64,000 bases of DNA from an archaeon (lineage in GTDB: Archaea; Nanobdellota; Nanobdellia; SCGC-AAA011-G17; GW2011-AR20), in assembly GCA_043808705.1 (NCBI GenBank), contig JAZDEO010000028.1, positions 2,703 through 66,702 on the forward strand, read 5' to 3'. Positions within the stretch are counted from its first letter, which is position 1; the number at the start of each line of letters is the position of its first letter. Both the position numbers and the translations under genes were made by a program. This document shows positions 46,237 to 55,902 of the stretch, in pieces. Below the pieces are notes generated by a model. The model had not been told where the DNA came from, ran no database searches, and worked only from the letters and a program-made list of their open reading frames with translations.

Positions 46237-46394
46237 GTTTTATACCTCCACAGTTTTATATATTTTATTGATATTTAAATTTATCTTATATATTTTTACA
46301 TATAAGGTCTATTTTATTAGATATTTTAATTTTAAGAGGTATATAAAGACCTTAGTAAATTTTTTTCTATAATTTTTTTAGTAATTTATTTATT

Positions 46395-46823
46395 CTAAAC
46401 CCTTATCTTAACAATTTCCAATTCCTTAGGATACTTCTTAATCTTCTCTTCAAATTCCTCATCTGTTTCACTGCATAAGATTTCATATATAATTCCTTCA
46501 GTAATATCAAATACATCACATCTGCATCCATTATCAAAAATAGCTTCTGTAATGAACTTATGATTCTTGTTCATTAAATCTAGACATATATCTAATTTCT
46601 TCATAATATGTTTCTTACTTTCTGACAAGCTGAATCTTAAGTTATTGATATGGCTTCCACTTCTATTTGAAAATCTAATCAAACTTAGATTATTGCTAAG
46701 AACAAAGAGCTTTTCCTTATATCTGTTAAATGCTCTTATCTTACATCTCATTTGACTTTGTTTCATCTTTATTATATTCATTATAACCACCTCCGACAAA
46801 TAGGTGGTTATCAAATAGGGCAC
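46395..46823 (-). CDS. hypothetical protein, duplicated family (paralog of 39866-40261); the true start is probably internal, at the residue aligned with the paralog's start
   Basis: Near-identical to 39866-40261. Confidence 0.4.
   Translation of the reverse strand: MPYLITTYLSEVVIMNIIKMKQSQMRCKIRAFNRYKEKLFVLSNNLSLIRFSNRSGSHINNLRFSLSESKKHIMKKLDICLDLMNKNHKFITEAIFDNGCRCDVFDITEGIIYEILCSETDEEFEEKIKKYPKELEIVKIRV
46785..46820 (-). promoter_or_regulatory. Conserved SD-sequestering hairpin (ATAACCACCT…AGGTGGTTAT), copy 2
   Basis: Perfect 10-bp inverted repeat spanning the RBS of the 46395 gene. Confidence 0.5.
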
Positions 46824-46890
46824 ATACCAAATTTTGGAGCCATATTCTTTTAATGGCGTGACCTTTTCCTTGAAAAGGGAAAAGAATAAT

Positions 46891-46980
46891 GAGCGAGAAA
46901 ATTATGTGCCTAAGCTAGTAAAATATCGTCGTTAAAAAGCGACTCCAAAAAGAGGAGCTTTTTGCTTTAAAGAAAAAATA
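46891..46980. repeat. Repeat A copy 5 followed directly by repeat B copy 3 (terminator-like hairpin)
   Basis: GAGCGAGAAAATTATGTGCCTAAGC + TAGTAAAATATCGTCGTTAAAAAGCGACTCCAAAAAGAGGAGCTTTTTGC…. Confidence 0.65.
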
Positions 46981-47003
46981 TTTAAAAGAAAAATAAAATT
47001 TTA

Positions 47004-48920
47004 TTAAGTTTGTCCTTGCGACCAGCCTCCACCACCAGAACTGGAATAAACAACAATATCTTTCCATTCATAGTAATTCATTATTCCTAAACCTATTTTA
47101 AAACAACATGATTCTTCATATGGCAAACTTGATGGAGGGTTATTTATAGGACCAAACTCAATACAAAAGGGGTTTAATAAATTGTAATAAGGAAAAGTTG
47201 AGATAATACAAAAATTATTTTCAGTACCTACATGGCATACATCTCCAATTTCTGTTTGACATCTATTCTGTATTGCATTATAATAAAATCCTTCAGGACA
47301 CCAATGATTGTTAGTACAATGCTCTAATCCAGTATTACCAGGACCAGTATAAATATTAGACAAAGTATTATTATCATAACAAAGTCCATTATAAACACAA
47401 TCAGCAGGAGAGTTACAACAAACAACATCTGCATTATTCTGTCCTTGAGGAACGCAAGTTGTATATGTAAATGGTCCTGAAGTAGGATCATACATACTCC
47501 AAACACAATTACTATATGTCTGTAAACCATTTTCACAACACTTTGTAGAATAAGGAGGATTAACAGGGGGATCTGAACCTTCATAGTATCTACACATAAA
47601 GCCATTAGTAGGAGGAGCTTCAGAGGCTGTACAACAACCATCAATAGCATTTGCAGGACTACAAGTATAACCTGTACCACCACAACATTGTTGTGTATTA
47701 AAGTGACATTTATTAGGCCCTGAGGTATAACATAATAAATTACCTCCAGCATATGGACTATTGATATTATAATTTGTACAATCTTTTCCATTAAGGTTTA
47801 AAGGTGGACCTGGATCACACTGTTCACCTATACTAGGCTCTACTTGACCATTGCCACAGTAAAAACAATCAGGATCAGCTAAATCTATAAGATGATCACA
47901 ATCATTATCTACTCCATCTGTGCATATTTCCCATCCAGGAATTGGATTTGAATTTAGATAAGGACCAGTATTACAAACATCATTAAAAGTTGTACCAAAA
48001 GGACAACAATAAGAGTTAGATTGTACATTTGAGTCATAAAAAAATTTAACTTCACCATCATCACATTCTGGGTCTAAATACTCTACCAACCAATCTCCAC
48101 TATAGTTCCAATAATTATGTGTTACATTAAATCTGAAATTTTCTAGATTAAGGTTTCTACAATAACTACCATCATTAGAAAAACAAAAACCAATTTCAGA
48201 ATAGTCATCTCCAGGATATTTATAATTTGTACCATAATAATTATTATCGATTACATTATAATTAATTCTAATATCTGAAAGATAGGTTGAAGGATAATCT
48301 ATATAAATACCATAACCAGTGTTATTAATTATACAATTATACTTGATGTCTATCAAATCAGCATTTCTTATGTTTATTGCACCACTACCCACCTCTAAAA
48401 AACCCATAATACCACCATTTTTAAAAAATGAGTTTTTTTCTATAAAAATTTTACCACTCCCATAATCTTGATTAGTTGGGATATATATACCGTCTTTATT
48501 ATTAATAAAACTATTATACATAAACTTAATATCTGTAAGCTCTAAATTTGAATTTTCATCAATATAAACCCCTTTTGAAAAATTTTTTATAACACAATTC
48601 CTTATAGTTATATTATAATACCACATATTATTTTGTGCATCCATATATATACCATTATTTAACCATGTTGATCCTATCTGGCTTATAGTATGATTGTTAC
48701 AGTTCAATATCAAATTTGAGCCAGGATTATAAAAATATATTTTTAAAGCAAAAGCCGTATTACAATTTAAATCATTATTTAATGTATAACTGGAGGTTAC
48801 AGTATCCTCACAACTACATGGAGTGAAACCACCACAATTATCTGCATTAACATAAAACAAACTAAACAAAAATACAATCAAAATTAATGGTATTAATAAT
48901 AATTTCTTCATCATAACCAC
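47004..48920 (-). CDS. secreted Cys-rich surface protein with parallel beta-helix (pectate-lyase-like) repeats and a Gly-rich C-terminus
   Basis: Signal peptide; repeated …N/I..N..DG.YI… beta-helix rungs; >40 Cys in the C-terminal half. Confidence 0.5.
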   Translation of the reverse strand: MVMMKKLLLIPLILIVFLFSLFYVNADNCGGFTPCSCEDTVTSSYTLNNDLNCNTAFALKIYFYNPGSNLILNCNNHTISQIGSTWLNNGIYMDAQNNMWYYNITIRNCVIKNFSKGVYIDENSNLELTDIKFMYNSFINNKDGIYIPTNQDYGSGKIFIEKNSFFKNGGIMGFLEVGSGAINIRNADLIDIKYNCIINNTGYGIYIDYPSTYLSDIRINYNVIDNNYYGTNYKYPGDDYSEIGFCFSNDGSYCRNLNLENFRFNVTHNYWNYSGDWLVEYLDPECDDGEVKFFYDSNVQSNSYCCPFGTTFNDVCNTGPYLNSNPIPGWEICTDGVDNDCDHLIDLADPDCFYCGNGQVEPSIGEQCDPGPPLNLNGKDCTNYNINSPYAGGNLLCYTSGPNKCHFNTQQCCGGTGYTCSPANAIDGCCTASEAPPTNGFMCRYYEGSDPPVNPPYSTKCCENGLQTYSNCVWSMYDPTSGPFTYTTCVPQGQNNADVVCCNSPADCVYNGLCYDNNTLSNIYTGPGNTGLEHCTNNHWCPEGFYYNAIQNRCQTEIGDVCHVGTENNFCIISTFPYYNLLNPFCIEFGPINNPPSSLPYEESCCFKIGLGIMNYYEWKDIVVYSSSGGGGWSQGQT

Positions 48921-50119
48921 ACCTTTATCTTGCTTATTACAAGATTTAATATGCTTGTACTTACTTTAGGGCAATTATCCATACATGGTGCACCTTGATT
49001 ATTTAATGTTACATTAGATGCTTCATCATAATTATTACTATTAGCATCTCTAGCTGCTGCTGTTATTCTAAATGCTTTATAGTCTCCACCGCAATTTATT
49101 GAATTCCATGTATAGGTGAATATATTATTATTTCTATTAAAACCTGGTGTTGCTTGTGTGGGTGACCATGTAGCTAATAAGTTACAGTTTGGTTCAATAA
49201 TTGTATTACACCACGCACAATTACTTGTTGGATCTGCTGGTTGATAATATGGTGATGTTGCATTTCCTGTATTTTTATATAAAGTTATATTTAGAGAGGT
49301 TATATTTGTAAAACCTATATCTTCTGGAGGATCTTCTCCAGCCATTCCTGTAATCCTCAATATAAGGTCTCCTTCTAGGCCAGTACCTCCGGAACCAGGA
49401 TTTTCTTCTTCATCTGGTTCTTGAATGCCTGGTTGTGTAGTATATCTACTTGATGCATTTACCTTTATTGGAACATCTCCAATGTATATATGATTTTCAT
49501 CTGGATCTAATACATTTACATATGGTTTTGTTACTCCAGAAACAAATACGGTGTCTAGAGATGCTTGCATATACACCTTATAAGAGTATCTTGTTCCTCC
49601 AAAAGAAGAGGTATAAGCAGTATAGTTTAATGTGCATATTTTTCCTCCAGTAACTGGAATACATGTACAGTCATTTGGGTTGATTGGAGCAATTGAATCC
49701 TGACATTGTATAGCACCTAATTGAATAAAACTCATACCAATTTGTTGAGAGAAGTTAACATAAAACTGTGATATTGATACTGTAAAGAGTTCTACTTGTA
49801 TTAAAGCAAAACTACTTGGAGGTAAATTAGAATCAATTAATGCTGTTAGATTCCCACAATCTGGATTACAATCTGGATCACACGGAAAGCATCTATTATA
49901 AGTACCAGGATAATTATTATTTTGACAGCCAGCAGACAACCAATCTCCATAATATTCTGGGCATTTTTGATCTGATACATAAGAACAAGATAGATTATAT
50001 TGTCCTTGGCAGAATCCAGCCTTTGTACATTGAACAGAATATGCAAAAGGCACTATTAATAATATTAATAATAAGTATATTATGTATTTGGTTTTGATCT
50101 TAATTTTAATTGGTTTCAT
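48911..50119 (-). CDS. secreted Cys-rich protein (402 aa)
   Basis: N-terminal signal/TM; many Cys; overlaps the previous gene like an operon. Confidence 0.4.
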   Translation of the reverse strand: MKPIKIKIKTKYIIYLLLILLIVPFAYSVQCTKAGFCQGQYNLSCSYVSDQKCPEYYGDWLSAGCQNNNYPGTYNRCFPCDPDCNPDCGNLTALIDSNLPPSSFALIQVELFTVSISQFYVNFSQQIGMSFIQLGAIQCQDSIAPINPNDCTCIPVTGGKICTLNYTAYTSSFGGTRYSYKVYMQASLDTVFVSGVTKPYVNVLDPDENHIYIGDVPIKVNASSRYTTQPGIQEPDEEENPGSGGTGLEGDLILRITGMAGEDPPEDIGFTNITSLNITLYKNTGNATSPYYQPADPTSNCAWCNTIIEPNCNLLATWSPTQATPGFNRNNNIFTYTWNSINCGGDYKAFRITAAARDANSNNYDEASNVTLNNQGAPCMDNCPKVSTSILNLVISKIKVWL

Positions 50120-50178
50120 TTTTAATTAAGTTTGACATATGCTTTTTATTTTGATTTAATATTTGATTACAAGGGTTT

Positions 50179-50568
50179 TTATCCTTGTGTATGATATGAT
50201 TTATAAACAGAGTAATCATTTTTGCATGAATTTATATCTTCATTATTAGTTAATTGATTACATAACATTATATTGTCTTCTGATTTTGCCTTTCTTGTGA
50301 TTACAGTTAACTTACATAATTCTATAGCCTCATTACTTGAGAGAGAATTACATCCCTCTAAGTTACCTGCAACAGACAAAGAGTTTATAGTATTAAGATC
50401 ATCACAGAAACTACACCCCTCTTCTACAGGGTTATTATTTATTATAACTTGTTGTTTTTCCTGACTGGGAGAAATTAATACAGTTAATATAATTAATATT
50501 ATAAACAGGAGTAATATAATTATGACTATTGCATAAGGGTTTTTAAAAATATCACCTCTCTTATTCAT
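50179..50568 (-). CDS. small membrane-anchored Cys-containing protein, possibly class-III signal (MNKRG…)
   Basis: MNKRGDIFKNPYAIVIIILLLFIIL. Confidence 0.3.
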   Translation of the reverse strand: MNKRGDIFKNPYAIVIIILLLFIILIILTVLISPSQEKQQVIINNNPVEEGCSFCDDLNTINSLSVAGNLEGCNSLSSNEAIELCKLTVITRKAKSEDNIMLCNQLTNNEDINSCKNDYSVYKSYHTQG

Positions 50569-50727
50569 ATACTTTTATGATTATTTTTTAATATATAAAT
50601 TTGTCGTTTTTTATTTTGTTTAGATTTATAGGATTAAATCAAGTAAATTTTATATAAACCTCTTATTTTCCTTTAGAATTACATAATAGTCATAATAGTT
50701 TTACAAATCTTGTTTTTAATTTAAAGG

Positions 50728-51747
50728 TTATGGTGATTCAGAACTGCACCATTCCATTATATTAATAATCTCATTTTGAGTAAATCCATAATAAATTAAA
50801 TGTGCTTTATCAATACGAAATTCTTTTCCTAATTCTTCAATAAAACAGATGTCTTCTTGTAGTTGAGTTATCTCTGGATGATAATAATGGTCTATCATAT
50901 TAAGATCAGATGGGTTTGAATTAAATGCAGGATTAACTATATACTCAATACCATGACCTTCTGGATTTGTAAAGTTACCTTCCATTCTTTGAAGAAAAGA
51001 TGGTGCATCTGAATTGTTGTTGAATGTGTGATTCCACATCTGATTACTTATTTTGTCTAAATTATCAAACTCTCCACCCATTCCTAATCCTTCTAGTGGT
51101 GTTACATAATCAGTCATATCAGCCTTCATAATTGTAAAATTTAAACCTTCTTCTACTAGGATTACAGGGTCTCTATAATTTGTAATAGGAATATATCCAG
51201 AGATGTTTACTTTATCTGACCATTTTACCTTTCCATCCGAGCTTGATACATTAATCTGAAAGTTTTCTAATGTTATTTTTAATGTCCAGGAATCTTCTTG
51301 TTCTATCTTTGCACTTACTGGATTGTATGAAAAAATTATTTGTGTTTGTGCTGATAAGTCTTTAATTTCATTTAAGGCTGCGTATATTGTATAATTTATC
51401 TCTTGATTATTTTCATCTACTTCAAACATATATTGAAGATTTCCGTTATCTGGACCTTTTCCTGATAATAAAGATTTATTAAAGTCAGTATTTACATTAG
51501 TTAGATAATCCTCTCTATCAATATAGTCTATTAATCCTAATAATGCTCTATCAGAAGAAATTCTTATAGCACTAGGAATATATTCTGTTTTAAGTGACTT
51601 TACAAAGGAATTTAATGTGTCTGTTTGAACAGTAGATTTTGTTATTTCAATTTCGGTTTTTTTATTTGCCTGTATTAAAAAAACTATGATAATGATAGAA
51701 ACTAGGATAATGGCTATTGATGTAAACACAATACCTCTTTTATTCAT
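50728..51747 (-). CDS. membrane-anchored protein, possibly pilin-like (MNKRG|IVF…)
   Basis: KRG followed by a hydrophobic helix. Confidence 0.3.
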   Translation of the reverse strand: MNKRGIVFTSIAIILVSIIIIVFLIQANKKTEIEITKSTVQTDTLNSFVKSLKTEYIPSAIRISSDRALLGLIDYIDREDYLTNVNTDFNKSLLSGKGPDNGNLQYMFEVDENNQEINYTIYAALNEIKDLSAQTQIIFSYNPVSAKIEQEDSWTLKITLENFQINVSSSDGKVKWSDKVNISGYIPITNYRDPVILVEEGLNFTIMKADMTDYVTPLEGLGMGGEFDNLDKISNQMWNHTFNNNSDAPSFLQRMEGNFTNPEGHGIEYIVNPAFNSNPSDLNMIDHYYHPEITQLQEDICFIEELGKEFRIDKAHLIYYGFTQNEIINIMEWCSSESP

Positions 51748-51994
51748 AGATTAATTAAAGAATTTTATCTTTTAAAGGTTTTTGGTTTTTAATAAAAAAT
51801 CAAAGAGTAAAGAGTTAACCTCAACAGATCTTCCAATTAAATGCCAAACTATAATTATTCAATAAAAGTAGTAAGTAAAAACAGTAAGATTTATATACCT
51901 AAATTTTTAATTTAATAATATGGTAAACTACTATTTTTTCTAAAAATAATGTCTTATAGTTATATAAATTTTTTATTCTCTTAGGAGGAGAAGC

Positions 51995-52972
51995 ATGTTA
52001 ACAATCCAAGTAAAAGATCTAAAAAAAGTATACAAAACTCATGAAAGAGAACCTGGCTTAATTAACGCTATAAAATCTCTTGTAAATAGAAAATATGAGA
52101 TTAAAGAGGCTTTAAAGGGGATTACATTTGAAGTAGAGGAGGGAGAAATTTTAGGATTGATAGGACCGAATGGCGCTGGGAAAAGTACAGTATTGAAAAT
52201 ATTATCTGGAGTATTATATCCAGATTCTGGATATGTTAATGTTCTTAACTTTGTACCTTGGAAAGACCGAGTGAAATATGTTAAAAACATAGGTGTTGTT
52301 TTTGGACAGAAAGAGCAGTTATGGTGGGATCTTCCAGCTATTGATACTTTTTATCTACATAAAGAGTTATATGATATTAAAGAACCTGATTTTAAGAATA
52401 GACTTGAAAATATGATTAAGATATTAAATGTAGAGGACATTATTAAGACTCCTGTTAGAGATTTAAGCTTGGGTGAAAGAATGAAATGCAAGATTATAGC
52501 TGCTTTATTGCATAATCCTAAACTTGTATTTTTAGATGAGCCTTCTATAGGATTAGATGTTATAGCTAAGGACAATTTAAGGGATTTTATCAAAGATATA
52601 AATACTAAGTACAAGACAACTTTTATTATAACTACTCATGATATGCAGGACATAGAAAGATTATGTGAAAGAATCATAATAATAAATCATGGTGAGATAA
52701 TATACAATGGATTACTAAGCATGATCAGTAACAAATTTATTAAAACAAAAATAATAGATGTAAAGTTTGAAGATAAATTTGAAGAATTTAATTTTAAGGG
52801 ATGTAAGGTATTGGAAAAAAAGGATTATGAACTAAAAATTGAAATGGAGATTGGAAAACAGACTGTTAAAGATCTGATAAATTATTTGCTAAGTAATTTT
52901 AAAGTAGCTGATATAAATATAGAGGATCCACCAATAGAAGAGATTATCAAATTGATCTATAAAGATGATTAA
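51995..52972 (+). CDS. ABC transporter ATP-binding protein
   Basis: Walker A GPNGAGKST, signature LSLGERMKC, Walker B LVFLDEP, H-loop TTHD. Confidence 0.85.
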   Translation: MLTIQVKDLKKVYKTHEREPGLINAIKSLVNRKYEIKEALKGITFEVEEGEILGLIGPNGAGKSTVLKILSGVLYPDSGYVNVLNFVPWKDRVKYVKNIGVVFGQKEQLWWDLPAIDTFYLHKELYDIKEPDFKNRLENMIKILNVEDIIKTPVRDLSLGERMKCKIIAALLHNPKLVFLDEPSIGLDVIAKDNLRDFIKDINTKYKTTFIITTHDMQDIERLCERIIIINHGEIIYNGLLSMISNKFIKTKIIDVKFEDKFEEFNFKGCKVLEKKDYELKIEMEIGKQTVKDLINYLLSNFKVADINIEDPPIEEIIKLIYKDD

Positions 52973-52980
52973 AAAAAAAG

Positions 52981-53787
52981 ATGATTAAACAATTTAAAAA
53001 AGCTTATGCAATAACTTACGCTGGATTTAAAATAGCTATAGCGTATAGATTCCACTTTTTTGTTTCATTAATAACCTCGCCTTTAAGCTTATTGATATAT
53101 TATTTTTTGTGGAAATCTATATTTGAATATTCTGGACAAGAAGTAATACAGGGTTTTACATTTCAAACAATGATAGCTTATTACGCATTAAATATGATTG
53201 TTGGTTTTTTTGTCTGGACGAATGTTGATGAGTCATTAGAAGATGATGTTGTCTATGGTCATTTATCTGTGACATTATTAAAACCTTTCAATTTTATATT
53301 CTTTTATTTTTTTCAGTTACTTGGAATAAGCTCATTAAGCATTGTTTTAGAGATGATTCCTTTCTTCTTGATAGCTATTTTCTTCTTTAACTTAAGCATA
53401 GCTCCTGTATTTTATTTTGTTATGTTCTTTGTTTCTATAGTGCTTGCTTTATTAATTAATTTTTTCATAAGTTATCTTGTTGGATTGCTTGCTTTCTGGT
53501 TTAATAGGATATCTGGGATTAGGAGAGTAAAGAGAGTATTGATCATATTCTTATCAGGGGGTATGATTCCATTAGCATTTTTTCCTGACTTTCTTCAGAA
53601 GATATTCGAATATCTGCCCTTTCAGTATATAAGATCTGTGTCTATTGGAATTTATCTAGGACAATACAACTATTTAAGGACATTAGAATTATTATTGATA
53701 CAGGTATTATGGATCTTTATTTTATACTGCTTTGTTGTCTTTATGTGGAATCGGGCCTTTAAAAAGTATGCTGGAGCAGGAACATGA
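52981..53787 (+). CDS. ABC-2 family permease
   Basis: 6-TM hydrophobic profile, C-terminal …WNRAFKKYAGAG. Confidence 0.55.
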   Translation: MIKQFKKAYAITYAGFKIAIAYRFHFFVSLITSPLSLLIYYFLWKSIFEYSGQEVIQGFTFQTMIAYYALNMIVGFFVWTNVDESLEDDVVYGHLSVTLLKPFNFIFFYFFQLLGISSLSIVLEMIPFFLIAIFFFNLSIAPVFYFVMFFVSIVLALLINFFISYLVGLLAFWFNRISGIRRVKRVLIIFLSGGMIPLAFFPDFLQKIFEYLPFQYIRSVSIGIYLGQYNYLRTLELLLIQVLWIFILYCFVVFMWNRAFKKYAGAGT

Positions 53788-54569
53788 AATACTTAAGATT
53801 ATTTAATAAAACATTTGCATTAGAATTAAGTAGTGAGATGGCTTACAAGACAAATTTTTTAATAAAAAGCCTTGCTTTGATTACAGCTGATTTAATTGGG
53901 CCTTTAGTAACTTTACTAATATATAATAATTCATCAGGTATTCCTGGATGGAGTTTTGAGGAATTTTTACTTTTCCAAGGTACTTTTGTTTTTATTATGG
54001 GGCTTTCACATTTTTCTTTGATAATGCTGCCTTATCGAGTCATTGATAATGTTAGAGAAGGAACTTTTGATAAGGTATTAATAAAACCCTATAACCCTTT
54101 ATTATACTTAAGCTTTACATCTGTTGACTTGGAGGGGCTTGCTGAAGTATTTGCTGGATTGTTTTTGATAGTCTATAGTTTTATTAAACTAAATCTTATT
54201 TTATTTTCTTTTAATAGCTTGTTTTATATATTCTTAGTTGTAATAGGATTTATCTTTTTGTATTCTGTTTTTGTTCTAATGAGTGCTTTGGCATTTTTAT
54301 TTGTGAAGTCATTCGGATTATTTGATTTGTTTTTTAAGATAATGGATGTCGGAAGATATCCTATAACTATATACGAAGGGGGTATGAGATTTTTATTTAC
54401 ATTCATAATCCCTATAGGCATTGTATCTTTTTATCCTGCTTCTGTATTAATCAGAGGACTGAACTTATTGACTGTTATAGAAATAATAATACCTATATCT
54501 CTATTTTTAATATTTTCCATATGGATGTGGAATCGAGCTATAAAGAAGTATACTAGTGCTGGTGGATAA
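53784..54569 (+). CDS. ABC-2 family permease (second subunit)
   Basis: Paralogous C-terminus …WNRAIKKYTSAG; overlaps the previous stop. Confidence 0.55.
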   Translation: MKYLRLFNKTFALELSSEMAYKTNFLIKSLALITADLIGPLVTLLIYNNSSGIPGWSFEEFLLFQGTFVFIMGLSHFSLIMLPYRVIDNVREGTFDKVLIKPYNPLLYLSFTSVDLEGLAEVFAGLFLIVYSFIKLNLILFSFNSLFYIFLVVIGFIFLYSVFVLMSALAFLFVKSFGLFDLFFKIMDVGRYPITIYEGGMRFLFTFIIPIGIVSFYPASVLIRGLNLLTVIEIIIPISLFLIFSIWMWNRAIKKYTSAGG

Positions 54570-54755
54570 TTTTAGCTGTGAGATAATTTTTGTTAGTGGA
54601 TAAGTTTAAATATTATAAAAACATATAACAATTATGAAGATTTGTATGAGAAAGGTTAATAATTCTGAAAGTATAGAGAGAAAACAAGATAATAAGGAAA
54701 GGGTTAAAGAAATTCTGTTAAATATAGGTTAAGTTCTATTTTGTACTTAAACTAT

Positions 54756-55664
54756 CTACTTTAAAAAAGAATCGTCTAATTTTTGTATGTCCTGTTTATC
54801 TATAGTAAATTTTAATGCATCAATATTTTCTTTTAGATGGTTTTTATTCATGGACATGAATATCATAACAAAATTCTTCTTTGAAGCGATCCAATTTATT
54901 ATGACTTGAGCATCGTTTTTATTGTATTTTTTGGCTATTTCTGAAATTAAAGGAATTTTATCAGTCTTAATTTTACTCCTGCCAAATATCTTATAGGCAG
55001 TAATCATTATGTTGTTTTTCTGACAATACTCAAAGGTTTTTATATTTGGTTTTTTTATATCAGGTTTTGTTTCAGACCATATTTTATATTTCATTTGGTT
55101 GTTTATAATTTTGACTTTTGAGTGTTTTTGAGCCTCTTTCAGTTGTGAGATTGAAAAATTACAGACCCCTATGTATCTTACTAATCCTTTCTTTACTAAC
55201 TCATTCATGGCAAGGATAGTTTCCTTTAAAGGAATATCTGGATTGAATGAATGTATAAGATGTAAATCTATATAGTTGATTTTCATTCTTCTAAGGCTTT
55301 CTTGAGCTGATTTAAGAACATCATCATATCTAAGATTTGTTTTATATACCTTAGTTGTAATAAACAATTTTTCTCTTTCATAACCTTCAATAGCTTTTCC
55401 AACAAGTTCTTCTGTATGACCAGAGCCGTATATTTCTGCAGTATCTATATGTGTATAACCTAGATCAAGGGCAGTTTTTATTGCAGATATCCATTCTTTA
55501 TCATTAGAATAATCAGTTTCATGTTCACCACCAAATGTATAAGTGCCTATGCCCAGTACTGGAAGCTCGAAACCAGAACTTAGTTTCTTCTTATAGATCT
55601 TATTACTATGGGAATTATCTTTGTTCTGATTTTTATTTGTTTCCATAATATCCTTTATGCTCAT
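54756..55664 (-). CDS. aldo/keto reductase
   Basis: LGIGTYTFGGEHETD…HIDTAEIYGSGHTEELVGKAI… AKR motifs. Confidence 0.8.
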   Translation of the reverse strand: MSIKDIMETNKNQNKDNSHSNKIYKKKLSSGFELPVLGIGTYTFGGEHETDYSNDKEWISAIKTALDLGYTHIDTAEIYGSGHTEELVGKAIEGYEREKLFITTKVYKTNLRYDDVLKSAQESLRRMKINYIDLHLIHSFNPDIPLKETILAMNELVKKGLVRYIGVCNFSISQLKEAQKHSKVKIINNQMKYKIWSETKPDIKKPNIKTFEYCQKNNIMITAYKIFGRSKIKTDKIPLISEIAKKYNKNDAQVIINWIASKKNFVMIFMSMNKNHLKENIDALKFTIDKQDIQKLDDSFLK

Positions 55665-55902
55665 TATAACTATTTTTTTAAAAAGATTATTATATCCCCC
55701 ACATTAATTGTGTTCTTTGGCGATTTTATTAGTGAATTTAATTGTTTATAAAGATGATAGGTATCATTGTTACTAATTTTATTTTTTATGAATTTATCAA
55801 AAAAATGAATGGTATTTTTTTGTATAGGGACGCTTTAAATTTAGGAATTTCGAAAGAGATCATAGAAAGAGAATTAGAAAAAGGAACCATCGTCTTTTCA
55901 AA

